64,000 bases of DNA from Prorocentrum cordatum (taxonomy: Eukaryota), in assembly GCA_963575745.1 (NCBI GenBank), contig CAUYUJ010000081.1, positions 434,001 to 498,000 of the forward strand, read 5' to 3'. Positions within the stretch are counted from its first letter, which is position 1. Each line of letters begins with the position of its first letter. This document shows positions 12,820-26,324 of this stretch, piece after piece. The notes below the pieces were generated by a model. It ran no database searches and was not told where the DNA came from. It saw nothing but the letters and a program-made list of their open reading frames with translations. A program made the position numbers and the translations under genes.

Positions 12820-14620
12820 CTCGAAAATCTCCAAACGAACCAAACATCACCGAATGAAGTCGAACACCGCGTGCACGCCATCTCTTGGCATACATCGCCA
12901 GACCTGGACCTGTGATTTTTGAAGGTTGCTGGTACGGTTCCGAATACACTAAAAATTACAAAATTAGGTCGGGCCACATGTGGGCGCCAGTGGTTGGCCG
13001 ACAACGACAGACATAAAGCGGTGATTGTTACCCGTTGCCTGGTAATTCCCAAGCAATCTAAAATCACCAAATGAGGTCGGATCACCTGTGCGCGCTATTG
13101 ATTTCTGCCATTTCCCCGGGCGACTCAAAACACTGCTAAAATCACCATAATTCGGGTGAGCCGTATTACGCATTGCGAGAGAGAGAGAGAGGGAGAGAAA
13201 CAAACAAACAAAAACTGAGAGACAGAGAGAAAGAGAAAGCGAGAGAAAAAGCGGGAGCGAGAGCGACGGAGAGAGAGAGAGAGGGAAAACGAGGAGTGAA
13301 CACATACGACGACGTGAAAGCGAGAGAAAGAGAGAGAAAGAGAGACAGGGTGCCGGAACACACATACGATATAATGTAATAAGGAGGACAATAAAAGAGA
13401 GCGATATTGAGAAACCGTGAGCAAAAAGGCGGGACACACAGGCAACACTATACGACAAGGAACAGCGTGGGATATAGAGACACAGAGAGAAAGGAAAACA
13501 TGATAGCGAACTGGACAGACTAAACCATAGTGAAATTGAACATGTAACATTTAAGTATGTACGTATGTATAGTAAGACAGGGATCAAGAAACAATGACAG
13601 AAAAATAACTACCACGAAGCGCGCGCACACACGAACTTGTTTAAGTCGACGGCGCAGAGGGGCGCCAAGCGTGGTCGGCAAGTGGAGGCGCCAACTGCGA
13701 ACGAACTTGATCGAACGCGCCACGATGAAAGAACCAGTCACGGCCATGCAGATCGGCGGCGAAGGACGAGAGGCGCTGCAAAGACAAAACGCAGCGGACT
13801 AAAACCCTGACGAACACAAGCTCGGCGCAGGCAGACTGACGCGCGAGCAACAGCCTGGTGCGAACTGGAACCTCAAAGCGACAGCAAAAAAATATCAACA
13901 ATCAAATTGCCAGACCAACCGACCTGATGGCGATGCATGCACGCAGAGAAACTGCGCCACCTCCGCCGGCCTTGCGGCGGACAAGTAACGGGATCGAGAA
14001 ACCGTGCGACAGGGGCACACGCACGCATGCACGCTCAAATTTGCAGACGCACCCGACGCAGCAGGCAGGCAAAAGGGAGGCAAGCATATGAAACCGACAT
14101 ATAGGTAAGGCGAAAGCGGAAGAGCAAAAAGGGAGACTCCCAAAAGAACTACCAAACAAAAAAAAAAAGATAAATCAGATGTCGGAAAATTCCCCGCGCG
14201 CCCCCGCCGCCGCACAAAGCCGATAAAATCGCCGAACTACGACAGAACGACCGGGAAAATCTGGCCCGAGCCCGCCTAGAAAACACGCGCACACATGCGC
14301 TGACGCACCCAGCACAGACAGAGAGGCAGGCAGGCAGAAGAGAGACAGGCAAACTAGATGGACAGACTGGCAAAACGAACACGGAGACGGGGAGTGCAAG
14401 AAAGAGAGGGAAAGAGAGAGAGAGAGAGGGAGACAGGGAGAAAGAGAGAGAGAGAGGGAGACATGGAGAAAGAGAGAGAGAGAGAAAGAGAAACAAAAAA
14501 AGGGAAACATAACAAAAGGATATGCCCTAATTCGGCGATTTCCCCACGCGCCCCCCCCCGACGAAATCTCCAAAACCAAGGCGGAAAGGCCCGTGGATTG
14601 AACGGGAGTGGCTGCGCGGG
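12820..14620. repeat. Low-complexity region with (GA)n tracts and recurrent AAAATCACCAAAT-like motifs
   Basis: GA runs at 13175-13350 and 14400-14490; aaaatcacc/aaaatcgcc motifs recur. Confidence 0.5.
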
Positions 14621-14849
14621 CACAAAGAGACACGAGATGCACATGGAGGGGCCCACGCCCCTTTTACGAAGGCGCCGGCGCGTCCGTCGCCGGCGCGCCG
14701 CGATTGCTCAAGGGCCCCTGCGAGCCGAGAAAGGCGGCGCGCAAGGGAGCGCAGAGAGAGGCGCGGGAGGAGGAGAGGCTGACGGGGGTCCGACAACCGC
14801 AGCTCCCACCTTTCTTGCAGCCGAAACGCCGCCTCGCCTCAGAAGATGA

Positions 14850-17800
14850 AATTGCTCCCTCAGTAGATGCTGTGGCCATTCCACGTCCTACGGAGCCTCA
14901 GCGACGCGCGGCTGGCGCAGCTCCACGAACACGCAGGACTTGAAGGCATCTCTAGGAGAGATCCTTGAAGGTATTGTCTGGCTCGGGGTCCACCATGAAA
15001 ACATCCGACTTCGCTGCGTCCGTGGCCAACCCCATATGGAACTCCGCGGCTCGATTCCGCGTTGATCGCGCGGCTTGCCAGTGCGATCCAAGGAACGATC
15101 TGCCGCGCTGAGCTTATTGGTCCACTGAGGAACCCACCTCTCGTCCTCGGGAACCAGCCTGACCTCGAGATCCGGGAAGTCGGAGTCCTCCATCGCTTCA
15201 CCTCAGTACGCGCGTACACTCGGAAACGCTGTCGCGGTGGCCACTGCCGCGAGGCGCATCCTGACCGTGCGATTCCAGACCCTGCACCATCCAAAGACTG
15301 GCTCCTTCGCCTGCAGCTTGCCCCAGATCCCCCTCATCGTCGCAGCGCGGATCCAGAGCACAGCGACGTAGACGCTGCCTTCGGTCTGGCACCGCTGCCT
15401 GTGGACATGCATCTTGGGATAGCCCGCGCGAAGGCGGCGATCCACCTGCAGCTCGAAGATGCAAGAGCACAGGTCTACGTCCGGGCCAACGACAGACGAC
15501 GCGCGCACCACGCAGCGGGCGCTGGAGGTGCGGAGAGATGCCCTTTCGCAGAGAACGCCGTAAACGTTTTCGCAGCTCGAAAGGCCCGGTTCCAACTCGA
15601 AGAATCCCGTCTTGCCCCAAATCGACGCCAACGCCCCCCAAGCACCGCGGTGGCCAGTCTCACTATGGGCCTCCTCCTTGCCGAGCCCCTCGTCGCGCCG
15701 CATCTCCCCAGCGCGTGTCGGCGCCAAGTCCATCATCCACCACTGTCCTTATGGATGCGCAATGGGGCCCGAGGACACGAGGGCCATCGACGAGTCCTGA
15801 GAACGCACGCGAGTAAAGCGGGCGCCTCGGTCCCAAATTGAGCCCCCAGAGCCAACGCGGCCAAAACAGTCATAATGAGAGGCGGTGTAGAGTAGGCGGT
15901 CTCGCCATTTCGCCCCTGTGACCCTGCTTGAACACCCTCTTGTTCTGCCTGGACAGCCTGTAGGCCTTCCTCCAGTGGAATGGATCTACTCTTCGTCAAG
16001 TCCAAGGAGTATCTCACCTTTCCGCGCTGGAGGTCGGTCCAGTCGTGGATCAGCGGCGCAGTGATCAATAATCGCCACAGCCTTCATGGCCTCGGAGACG
16101 GACCCACCCACTGGCGGAGGATTCTCAGAACCACTGAGGACCCCCACTGCGCCGTTCAACTCGTTGGGGTTCCCCAGTTCGCGCCCCACTTCTTCTCCAC
16201 CGCCTGCCTCCCCGAAAATCATGACCTGGCCCAAGATGTCCTCCATGGCCCCCATCGCCTTCTCTCGCCAGCCCCCCCCCCCCCCTCCCAACTGTCGACC
16301 ACCATATGTTGCTCCTCCGGGGGGCGGTGCCATAGGTTTCCACGGGTCTTCGGAAGTTCGTCGCAGTTCATGCCGGAGGCGATGGCCAGCGCTGCAGGTG
16401 CCCAGCGAGGCAGGTCTCTGAATGGCGTCGCGACGAAATCTGACGCTGGGCGAGGATCGGAGGGCTCGTTGAGCTGGGCGCCCGCGCACACGTGGAAGCA
16501 TGCGTAGAGGGCCTCGCAGTCACCAGTCGCGCCCCCTGTTTTCCGGTAGTCCTGCGCGATTTCGGACTCGAACGCGTTTCACGACTCGACCAGACTCAGA
16601 GCGATGCCGCGTGGCATTTGCGCCAACATCTGCAGCCAGGCAAAGAAAGTAGGCCGTCTCGGACACTGATGGTGCAATGCCATCATCTCCGACGTGGAGT
16701 CGTTGAAGGTCGCGCTGAAATTCGGAGCCTGAGCGATCGGCTGAGCGCGGTTCATTAATGCCAGGTAGTATATCACAACATCGGTAGGCCAGCATATGTT
16801 CCTTTCGAAATAGGATGGTTGATCTTTGGTCACCTGCGCCTGCTTCATCGCGCCCTGCTTCCGCTGCAGGACCCTTTCCTTCTCCCTTAATGATGCACTC
16901 CTGTGGTTGTTTACATGCTGGAAAGGTCCGATGGAGCTATGAGGTCGCCATCGGCGGCCCAGGCATGGAAGCGATCTCAGGCAGGAGATTGCGAACCTGA
17001 ACACCATGATATATTACTTCTCCACGAGGGCGACACTGCGGCCCTTTGCAGCCCGGGCGGCGCTGGGCAGACGCACCCGAAGATCTCGCGAGGCGGGATA
17101 ATGGTCGCGTCGCCAGAAATCTCCACCAAGTCGCCCAGATGGATGCGCAGTCCAGCTTCTTCGCTAAGCCCCCGACTTGCCGCGCGCCCGACAGCGCAAT
17201 CGACGTCCAAGTCTCGCTCGTGAGCAGCACTCAGGTCGGCACGATCGACCCGCCCTCCTGGCGCGGCCTCCGCACTCGAGCAACTCACCCTGGAGCTTCG
17301 ACGATGGGCCAGGACGTCGACCTCACTGCCAACGTCGGGAAACAAGAAATAGACACCGACGGCCCCGACGCACTTTGACCTCGGAGTGGTTTGTTCTCCT
17401 CGGCAAACTCTTTCGATCTCCTCGGCTGTCTCCTCGGCTGTCTCCCGGGCCGCGCGGTTAGCGAGGTAGACGTTGACGCGAGGGCGCTGCGCTCCGGTCT
17501 CAGGTCTCTTGAACCCTCTCGCCGCTGGAGCTTCGCCCTCTAGCATCACTGGAGTGGACTCCGGCCCTTCTTGTTATCCCTCTGTGCTTTGGCCAGAGCA
17601 TCAGCGATGAGCCCCCCCTCGACGCAGGCTTCGCAGGGCGCCTCGCAGTGCCATGGGGCGCTGTTGCCGTAGATGCGGCCACCTGGTGCTGCGCCAGGTT
17701 GTCCACCACGGGTCTCTACGTCCTCCACGATATCTTCTTCCTGTTCGTCGTCGCCCTCGTTCGAGCCCTCGCCCTCGTTCTCGACCTCCTCGAACTGCTC

Positions 17801-18829
17801 GGCCCGACGCTTGCCCTTCCTGATCTGCCGGCGCCTCCAGCGCCGATCCTTGTATAACGCGGTTGCCCCCCCTTCGGCGCGCCCACTGCGCCCCCCAAGT
17901 CCGCAACCATTCTGAAGTGGCCTCTCTTGTCGCTCAAGGCGCACTTGATCCTGTAGAGGCAATTCCGCAGCTGTCTCTTGAAGCGGCGGTTCCAGAAGGC
18001 CACGGCATGGAACCTGAAGGGGGACTGAGCGAGCTGGTTCATTCTGGAACGCTGGATGCGTTGCATCTCCGAACGCACCGCAAACTTGTGGCGGAAGGTC
18101 GTCAGCCCCTCAGAGTAGACTGCAAGGTTCGCAGGCTTCTAGGTTGAACGCCGTGTGCATCAGCCCCTCAAGTTGACGTCGAGCGCGTGCAAGTCCGTTC
18201 CCCGCCTCGACGAGCCGCTTGGTCAACATGATATGAATCGAGGCACCGTTGCGGTTTGACCCGTTGAATTTGGCGGCGCAGTGACCCACCTTGGGTATCC
18301 TGCATCCCGGTGAGCACCTGGTCCAGGAGAGCGGATGGCGCGCGTCGGTGGCCCTGCGCCGCTCGTCGCGCAGCTCTTCGTAGATTTCCACTGCCCCCGC
18401 GCCGCCCACGCCTGCGGGGTCCTGGAAGTCCGAATCGGGGCGAATCTCCCCCAGGGCACTCTGGAGGAATTCTCGGCTGCTCTCGCGCACCTCGCCTGCC
18501 CCTTGTTTTTCCTGGAGATCGTGGTGGAGAGGTGCGCAGAAGCGGCCTTCAGGGGGAGCCGTTGGCGCCGATCTGCGGGGGGCATCCCAGGGGTCGCCGG
18601 CCGATGCAGCCGCTGAACCACCTGACCGCGGCCCACCTTCTCGTCGTGGCCCTCGCAGTCGTAGAGCGCGTCGTCCATGATGTCGCCGTCGACGTCGGCG
18701 GGATCAGCCTGTCCTCCTCCAGAGACGGATCGGTCGTCGAGTAGATGCACCAGGGGCCCAGGTGCTGGGCCTGGCGGCATGGCCCCTTGGGCAGGGGGAA
18801 ACCCAGAAGGCGTGTCTTTCTCTTCGGCG
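14850..18829 (-). pseudogene. Long decayed coding-like region, probably transposon-derived, including a Nudix-box-like segment at about 17100-17400
   Basis: Unique sequence with fragmented minus-strand ORFs. VGVYFLFP..VLAHRRS..AAPGGRVD..RAASRGLSEEAGLRI resembles the Nudix signature (PGG...REUxEExGU). Confidence 0.4.
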
Positions 18830-20208
18830 ATGACGGGCGTCATGGCGGGGGGGGGGCGGGGGGGGCATGACGTGACGCCCCCCCCGCCGTGTGGCTCCGG
18901 CACCACAGCCGCGCCCGCGCGCACGACGCGACGAGCGACGAGCGACGACGACGACGACGCGAGCAGCATGTAAGTGACGATCTGCCCATTGCGCCCGTGT
19001 GCACCACAGCGCTCGCGTGCACCACACCGCGCGTGCACCACAACGCCTGTGTACACCGCAACGGCCGTGTGCAACGCACCGCCCGCGTATACCACAATAC
19101 TTGGGAGCACTACAGCGCCGGTGTACATACACCGCAGCAGCCATGTGCAACACAACGCCTGTGTACACCACAATGCTTGCGTGCACCGCAGCGCCTGTGC
19201 ACGCCACGGCGCTTGTCTACACCACAGCATCCGCGTGCAACGCAGCGGCGGTGTACACCACAGCGCCTGCGCGCATAGGACAGGTAGAAGGAGCATGTGC
19301 GTCAGGATCTGATGCGGACAACTACACGCCACGCCGGGGAAGCTCTGATAATCGAATGCGACGTTTTTCCCTCTCCCCTCCTCCTCCACCTCCTCCTCTT
19401 CCTCCTCCTCCTCCTCGTCCTCCTTTTCCTCCTTTTTACCCCCTGTCGTGCGGCTTGGCGGCGCAACGCACGTGCGCATCTCAGCGTGCACAGCAGAATG
19501 GTCGACTGAGTCGGGCCACTTGGTTCTAGGACGGCCAGTTTAGCTGGAGCCTCCTGGACGCAAATGGGAGCTAGGGTGATGCGGGCGGACTCGGGGGGAC
19601 TCGTGGATTCCAGCGGCGCTCCTTTGTCCATGAGGATTTGTTTTCCATTGTTTTTTCTGGAGTCCACACGCGCTCCATTTTGTCACAAAGATTCCTTCTG
19701 AACTTCTATACACAACAACGGCGCTATGTTGCACACGTTTGATGTGGTGCACACAGGCGCCGTGGCGTACACAGGCACTGCAATGCACGCACGCATTGTG
19801 ATGTACACGGTTGTTGTGTTGCGCACGGCTGATGTGGTGTACGGAGGCGCTGTGGTGTACACAGGATCTGCTGTGCCCGCAGGCACGGTGGCACAAACTG
19901 ACGCTGTGTTGCACGCGGCCGTTGTGGTGTACATCGGCGGTGTGGTGTACACAGGCGCTGTGGTGCACGCGGGCACTGTGATGTACACAGGCGTTGTAAT
20001 GAATATCGCCACCTACATGTTCATGCTACCCGTCCTCCGTCATCCTTAACCATTCCCAAACGCCGCCGGCGCGAAACGTGACGCCATCGACCCCCTCCCC
20101 CCCCAAATGATTGCCGTCATCGGCCCGGACTTACAAACAGGCTCCAGCAGCGTCCGCGCGCACGACGACGATAAGCGACGAGCGACGAACCAAGAGCGAC
20201 GACGACGA

Positions 20209-20270
<62 letters not shown>

Positions 20271-20412
20271 TGCGGACCAGACACCTATGCGGATTCCTAC
20301 GCGGACACCTACGCGGATCCCAATGCGCACGGCGGCAGTGCCCGGAGCGCACTGGGGGGGTGGGCGTTACGTCATAGGGGGGGGGGGGAGCGGGGGCCAT
20401 GACGCCCGTCAT
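18830..20412. mobile_element. Foldback/TIR element with inverted arrays of 18-bp repeats
   Basis: Perfect 17-bp inverted repeat: atgacgggcgtcatggc (18830-18846) and gccatgacgcccgtcat (20396-20412). The gtgtacaccacagcgcct array at about 18990-19270 is inverted relative to about 19725-20000. Confidence 0.6.
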
Positions 20413-20699
20413 GCCCCAAGCAATAAAGAAATGGCCTCCTAGCCACACAGCCAAACTCGCATGCTGTAAACAGCGGCACCATAACAACATGCCGACGCAT
20501 CCACTGCACGAGAAGGGCAATGCAAAACATCGCACACAGAAAGAGATGAGCCTGCAGCAGGCCGGGCAGGAAAGACGGAACGTCTCGGAGACGCACAAGG
20601 AAATAATGTTCGACGGGGGAATGTTCTTCGAAATTGTTCATTCTCGGGCTGCGTTTCCCGGCGGCCGATCGACATGCCCCCCTTCATGTCCATCTCCTC

Positions 20700-23680
20700 C
20701 TGCGCCCAAGAAATACACCATATAGCCGTCTGCATGAGTTGTACTAGGGGTTGCACGTTCCCCTTTTAACTTCGCCAAACCGCCCGCGGGGATCAGCTCG
20801 CAACTAGTTTCCCAATCGAGGCGAACTGTTCCCGATTCATGCAGTCGCGCAATGATTCCGCGTCGGTCGCGGCAATAGTGTCCAAGTCGGGATTCTGCCC
20901 CCTGACAGCCGCCACTCGGATTCCGCGGAGATCTTTGACAATTAAAAGGCCGCGAAATAAACCGCTCGGCCGCGGCCAAAGCCCAGGGCATAGCACCACC
21001 TCCGCCACCAAAGCAGAGCCCCCATCGCGCTCAGTCCCGTGGGAACGCCAAGAAATAATACTGGCATCAGCTTCCTTTCCCGCCAGGAAGTCTGTGTTGG
21101 CGGCGCCAATCGCACCGCCTGTCCGGGGGCGACCTTCCCCGCGCCCTTGAGGCTCATCCCTGGGTCGCACAGAGCAACCAGACGAAGGCGAAAGAAAGGC
21201 GTGGATTTGATGGCGATGGCGGCGCCAGCGCCGTTGAGGCGCCGCGGTGCAGCGTCTGCCTCGACGGCGCCTTTCACCTTGGAGTTAAGCAGAGTGCTGC
21301 CCAAAGAAGATGCACCCCCTGAGCCGTTGAGCATGCCCTCTCGGCACGCCGGATTGAATTTCCCACGCGGGCCGCGCGCGGCGGCGACATCCTCTGGCGC
21401 GGCGGGTAGTTCGGGGCGCTTGCCGCGCCCCCGCGGGGGACTGATAGGTCGAGCGCGTTCTGGTGGATGCCGCGCCATGGGGGCGGTGAAATCGAGATTC
21501 TGCGCCGTCGCAACGCGCGCCCGCCGCGCGTGGTGGCGCCCTCCACGAGCCTAGTCGATTCCCCGAATTTGAACCGCTCCCGTAGGCGAGAAACGGCATC
21601 GACAAATCGATCTCCACTACCGCCCCCCAACGGATCATCTGTTTCGACGACACCGACGCCCGAAAATTCCCCAGGGCGCCCATCAAGAGTCTCGCGCGAG
21701 CACGACGTAGGGTGCCAGAAGCTGGCGAGCGAAGCCAAGCTCTTTAAAGGCTGCCAGAAGACTTCTTCGCAAGCCTGCAGGGCTGGCAACGAGTCCATCA
21801 ACTTCTGCCAGTAGTTCAACCACCAGCAATTCGTCGGGGCCCTCGCCAGGAATGCCGCCCGAAGGGGGGCGAGGCAAGAAGAAATGGCCCCCGCTGGTTT
21901 CGGACTCCATGAGCGACAGCCGACATGACGTCGCCTGCCGAAGCTATTGCTCTGATAAAAGACAGACATTGCAGAATGAGAGGAGCGTGCCAACGCGGGG
22001 CGATTCAACGCGGCGGTGTCGGGGTCGTGAAATCCAGCACGACGTCGCATCAGAAACCTTTGGGACAACAGAATCATCGAGCTTGTTGTCGCGATCCGCC
22101 CCCAATTCCATCCTCAGCCCGCTTTTACCCGAAGAAAGACATCCTAAAGGCATTGGGGAAGACAGCTTCTGATTGACAGGCTGCGCGGGTGTTTCCCGGA
22201 TCGGGGGGTCTTGCGCGCCCCCCGCAAACCATTTACTTCCTAAACATTATGACTGCTGTCCACGCACTAGGTAACCAGCTCATCTGATAGGAAGGCACCA
22301 ACTATACACCAACACCGATCCTGGCCAGGATCGCCCTGGGCCCAGGATCGGTGCATACGCCCTCGTGCCTTGGGCAAGAAGGCATATACACAGTTCATGG
22401 GCCCAGGGTGATCCTGGGCCAGGATCGGTGTTGGTGTATAGTTGGTGCCCTCCGATCCGAGGAATCTGCGGAAGGAAAGTCCGGAGGCGCACTCGTTGTC
22501 GGCGCCGGCGGCGGCAGGCACGACGACGCAACTATAGCGGGCCAAGGCACGCCCGAGTCTCGGGCGGTGGCGCCGGAGGTGCCCCTCTGGCGCCCCCGCG
22601 GAGGAGGCAGGCTCTGAACGTGGTCGAACTTGTCGATCGTCGCTTTGGGGTGCGGCGCGTGCTGGTCCAAGCTCGCCACAACTCTCCGCCGTAGGTAGCA
22701 ATTTGGGTTGTTTTGGCAGCGGCGGCGACTGGAGCCGTCGGGAATGTCATCGGCCTCTTCCGCTTCAGGGTCGAGGAGAGGATCGTGCCCAAGGAACTTC
22801 GGGTTTCTTTCCGTGGTGAAGTCAAGGTAGCGACGAGCTCCACGAGTACACTCGAGATCAATCGTAAGGTCATGAAGGTAGCGACTGACGACATCGATGC
22901 CTCCACTCTCATCTTGGGTGGCATTACTTCGTTAGACGCACGCCTATGCCCCCCGCATGTTAGTCCAAGCCCCACCAACACTCGGTAAAATGATCACACC
23001 AGGTCCAAACCACTTTCCTGGGCCAACCCGTTGTTTTCTCCAAACAAACGCGAGCTGGACTTCCGTGAAAGTCGGCGGGATACGTGTCTTCCACGGAAGG
23101 CTCGGAGTAGTCGGGTCCGGTTGCCCATCGCAGTCTACGCTGTCATAGCAGCTCGGCGTAGCTTCCGCTCCGTGGAAATCCTGCGACTGATATTCGGGAT
23201 CTTTGGGATCCATCGGGGAGCAGTGTCGCTGATAGACGTTGCGTAAATCCGAAAACCCGTTGCATAAGTGAAAAACCACTTGAATTGTGGTAACGGTTCC
23301 GAACAATACAACTCCCCCATAGCATACCATTCGGCTGGGGTATCCGGAGCTACCCGATGAACGGCTAAACGGAGCTGTCGCTTCCATTTTTTCCCAGCAC
23401 GTCCCCTTCGACCGTTTTGCCGTGGTGAGCGGGCATTTTTTGCATGTAATCGGCAAACGTTCCCTGGAACTACGTTCCAGGATCAACACTGACAACCTCT
23501 GGCATGCCGAAAACTTGTGCCCATGTATGTACAACTGCCAGCCATACTACATCTGCTGATTTCCCTGTCCCCACATGTCCAACTAATTGGAAGGAGGTGC
23601 CCAAAAAATATGATGTTGATACAAAAATGCGGTGCATCATAGAGTGGGCACTGGACCTAGACCAAATGAATACCAACATG
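20700..23680 (-). mobile_element. Decayed Ty1/copia pol (integrase - RT - RNase H)
   Basis: Integrase-like KSADVVW..TWAQVFGMPEVVSVDPG and VWRKQRVGPGKWFGPG; RT-like GFHDPD and VETDDPLGGG..LRERFKFG; RNase H-like ISWRSH..SALVAE and TDAESLRD. Domains are in copia order, with many frameshifts and stops. Confidence 0.85.
22280..22463. mobile_element. Palindromic MITE inserted in the copia remnant
   Basis: ~65-bp imperfect TIRs: ggcaccaactatacaccaacaccgatcctgg and ccaggatcggtgttggtgtatagttggtgcc. No clear TSD. Confidence 0.8.
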
Positions 23681-24149
23681 GTGAAGAAGTCTCAGGCGAA
23701 ACCCGCCCAAAAAAAACGGGCCTCGGAGTGCGACAAGGAGAAATTGCTCAAAAGGAAAAGGAAAGGAGGAGGAGGAGGACGAGGGGGAGGAGGGAAGGGG
23801 AACGAGCAGGAAGCGTATGAGATGAAAGTGAAGAGGGGGAGGTGGGAGGAGGAATGATGGGACGGGAAGGGAGGAGCATCTGAAGGAGGCAGGGGCCGAA
23901 TAAAACGTTATGCTGTCCGTATGCCGACTCACCGCCACGGCCCCCAGACCTTCGACGACCCATTGTTTCGAGCCGCAGGCCCCAGAGCTCTCGCCCCTTC
24001 TCCCAAGCGTGGTTTTTCATACCCGATCGCGAACTTCGGCGACCCCGTGGCCCAAAATGGGCCCCTGGACGTCGAGAATGGTGGAGAAAACTTCTGCAGC
24101 AGTTGTTGATCGGCTCGGACCGCCATACGGGGGCGGGGGAAACAACAAA

Positions 24150-24600
24150 AAAATCAGCCCATCCAGCGTGTGAGTTTGGGGGGTGCTGGGGTGGCTCTGC
24201 CGGGGAAGGAGGGGGGGGGGGGCGGTGCCGCCCCCATTCATGTTTGGAAGGAGTTTGGGGGGTGCCGGGGTGGCACTGCCGTGGAATGAAGGCGGCTGCC
24301 CCCATACAGGTTTGGAGGGAGTTTGGGTGGTGCCGGGGTGGCTCTGCCGTGGAAGGGGGGGGCTGCCCCCATTCAGGTTTGGAGGGGAGCAGGGGCTGCC
24401 GCCGTTCAGGCTTGGATGGGGGAGGGGCATTTAAGTTTGGAGGGGGGGGCGCTGGGGGGGGCCCGGTTGGCTCTGCCGGGGAAGGACGGGGGGGGGCTCC
24501 CCCCATTCAGGTTTGGAGTGAGTTTGGGGGGTGCCAGATTGGATCTGCCAGGGAAAGGGGGGGGGGGCTGCCCCCATTCAGGTTTGGAGGGGGCGGGCAC
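24150..24600. repeat. G-rich minisatellite (GGCTGCCCCCATTCAGGTTTGGAG unit)
   Basis: About 6-7 degenerate copies. Confidence 0.8.
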
Positions 24601-24809
24601 GAAAACCACAATGCGAACAAGAGAAACGCAAGTAGGAGGGGAACAGAGAAAAGACAAAAAGCGCAAGAAACAGAAACGCCACCGAGGCCATTCCAATACC
24701 CTTGCTACTCGCCCGAACTCTCTGCAGGATTTCGAAACGAATCCAACCGTGGCGACGAGGGCCTTCCAGGGGGCCCCAAAATGCGACGGGCAGCGGTATC
24801 GGTACGCAC

Positions 24810-24884
24810 CTCTTCCTCCTCTGAAGGAGAGAGGGCGGGCATGGCGGAACACTTGAGCGACACGGTTCGCCACTTCAACAACGC
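24810..24884 (-). CDS. Candidate 75-bp host micro-exon
   Basis: atccag|G acceptor and GAG|gtgcgt donor; open reading through (ALLKWRTVSLKCSAMPALSPSEEEE). Confidence 0.25.
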
Positions 24885-26324
24885 CTGGATCAAGACTTGC
24901 CGCGCAAACACGTCAACGCAAGATCGACGACCAGCTCGCGGGCGCCCGCTGGGCGCTGAGAAATGGTGGGCGTTTGCGTTCGCATGCGCTCGGCGGGGGC
25001 CGCGCGCGGCGCCACGTAGGAGCTCCCGACGCTCGCCAGCCGCTGCTCTGGCTGCCGCATCGGCTGCCCTGCGCCGCCGAGCCAACCCTCCCCCCGAGGC
25101 GCGGCGCGTTGACGGAAGGAGGGAAGGTAGGGGAAAGAAGGGAAGAGGACGGAGGAGGAGAATGGGGAACGTCCTCCTCCTCCTCCTCCTCCTCCTCCTC
25201 CTCCTCCACCTCCGCCTCTTCCTCCTCTTCCTGTTCCTTTTCCTGTTCCTGTTCCTTTTCCTCCTCCTCCTCCTCCTCCTGTTCCTCCTCCTCCTCCTCC
25301 TCCTCCTCTTCCTCCCCCCCTCCTCCCCGTCCTCATCTTCATCCTCATCACCATCCTCATCCTCGTCCCCATCCTCATCCTCATCCTGCTCCTCCGGGGC
25401 ACAGCGCCCAGAACGGACGGAGTCCGTCCACTGCGGGCAGACCGTGTGGGCGGGCGGCGCTTCCCCATTGCAGTTAGGGTCATTACCGTTTGCACTACTT
25501 CCCCAGCCAATCGACGTACACACACACACACACACACACGCACACACACACACACGCACACACACACACGACACGAAGACAGGCGCGCAGAGTGCAACAA
25601 CCGCAAGGATCTAAGCCAACTTACCTTGAGCCGAGAGCCAGCTGCACTCGTGCTGACCATAAAAGAACGGGTAAAAGATTGCGCACGGCTTTGACGCTTG
25701 AAATCACCCCTAAAAAGACGAGCCAGCACATGATGGCTGTCTTTGCTCAGACGTGCTGGCTTGCACTCACACGCGAGATGCACTGGCCGCGCAGCGCGTG
25801 CACGCGAAAAGATGAACGTCACCGATCATGAAAGTCTCCACCGCATGATACTTGGACCTAAGATTATGAGCCGCTCCTGCGCGCCCACGAACCTTGAAGC
25901 AGTGCTTGGCGGAAGGGGTTTTCCGAGAACGGCCGAATTTCTTCGGCGCATCGCTAGCTGGCGGCGCACCGAACCCAAAAGCAATCGCATCGCCCGCTAA
26001 GGCGATTCAACGAGCAGCGCAGGGGGGCATTTTGCGCCGCGGGGACAGCAGCTTCAAACACAATGGGTACGATCGCAGCGCAGCGTCACGATTCTGGGCG
26101 GCAGCATCGGCAACTAATGCTTTCACGATTGCCTCCCCTCATCCACCATTCTCTGCGGAAGCGGCGACTTGGCCTTCCTCGGTTCGAGTGGACCCCCCCC
26201 CCACACGCACGCTGTCGTCAACCTCGTGCCAGACGCGGCGGCGCCACAAGCAGCCCCACGCTGCAGAGGGCGCCGCGGTGGCTGATGGCCCGTGAGAGTC
26301 ATGTCCCCCCACGCGAAGTCCGAG

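Noticed and set aside
14880..15740. Possible tyrosine recombinase (DIRS-like) fragment
   Set aside because: I could not find an ordered R...HxxR...W...Y catalytic set in any consistent frame.
20420..20690. Copia polypurine tract and 3' LTR start (gaaggggggcaTGT on minus, near 20674)
   Set aside because: No second LTR copy in the window to confirm it.
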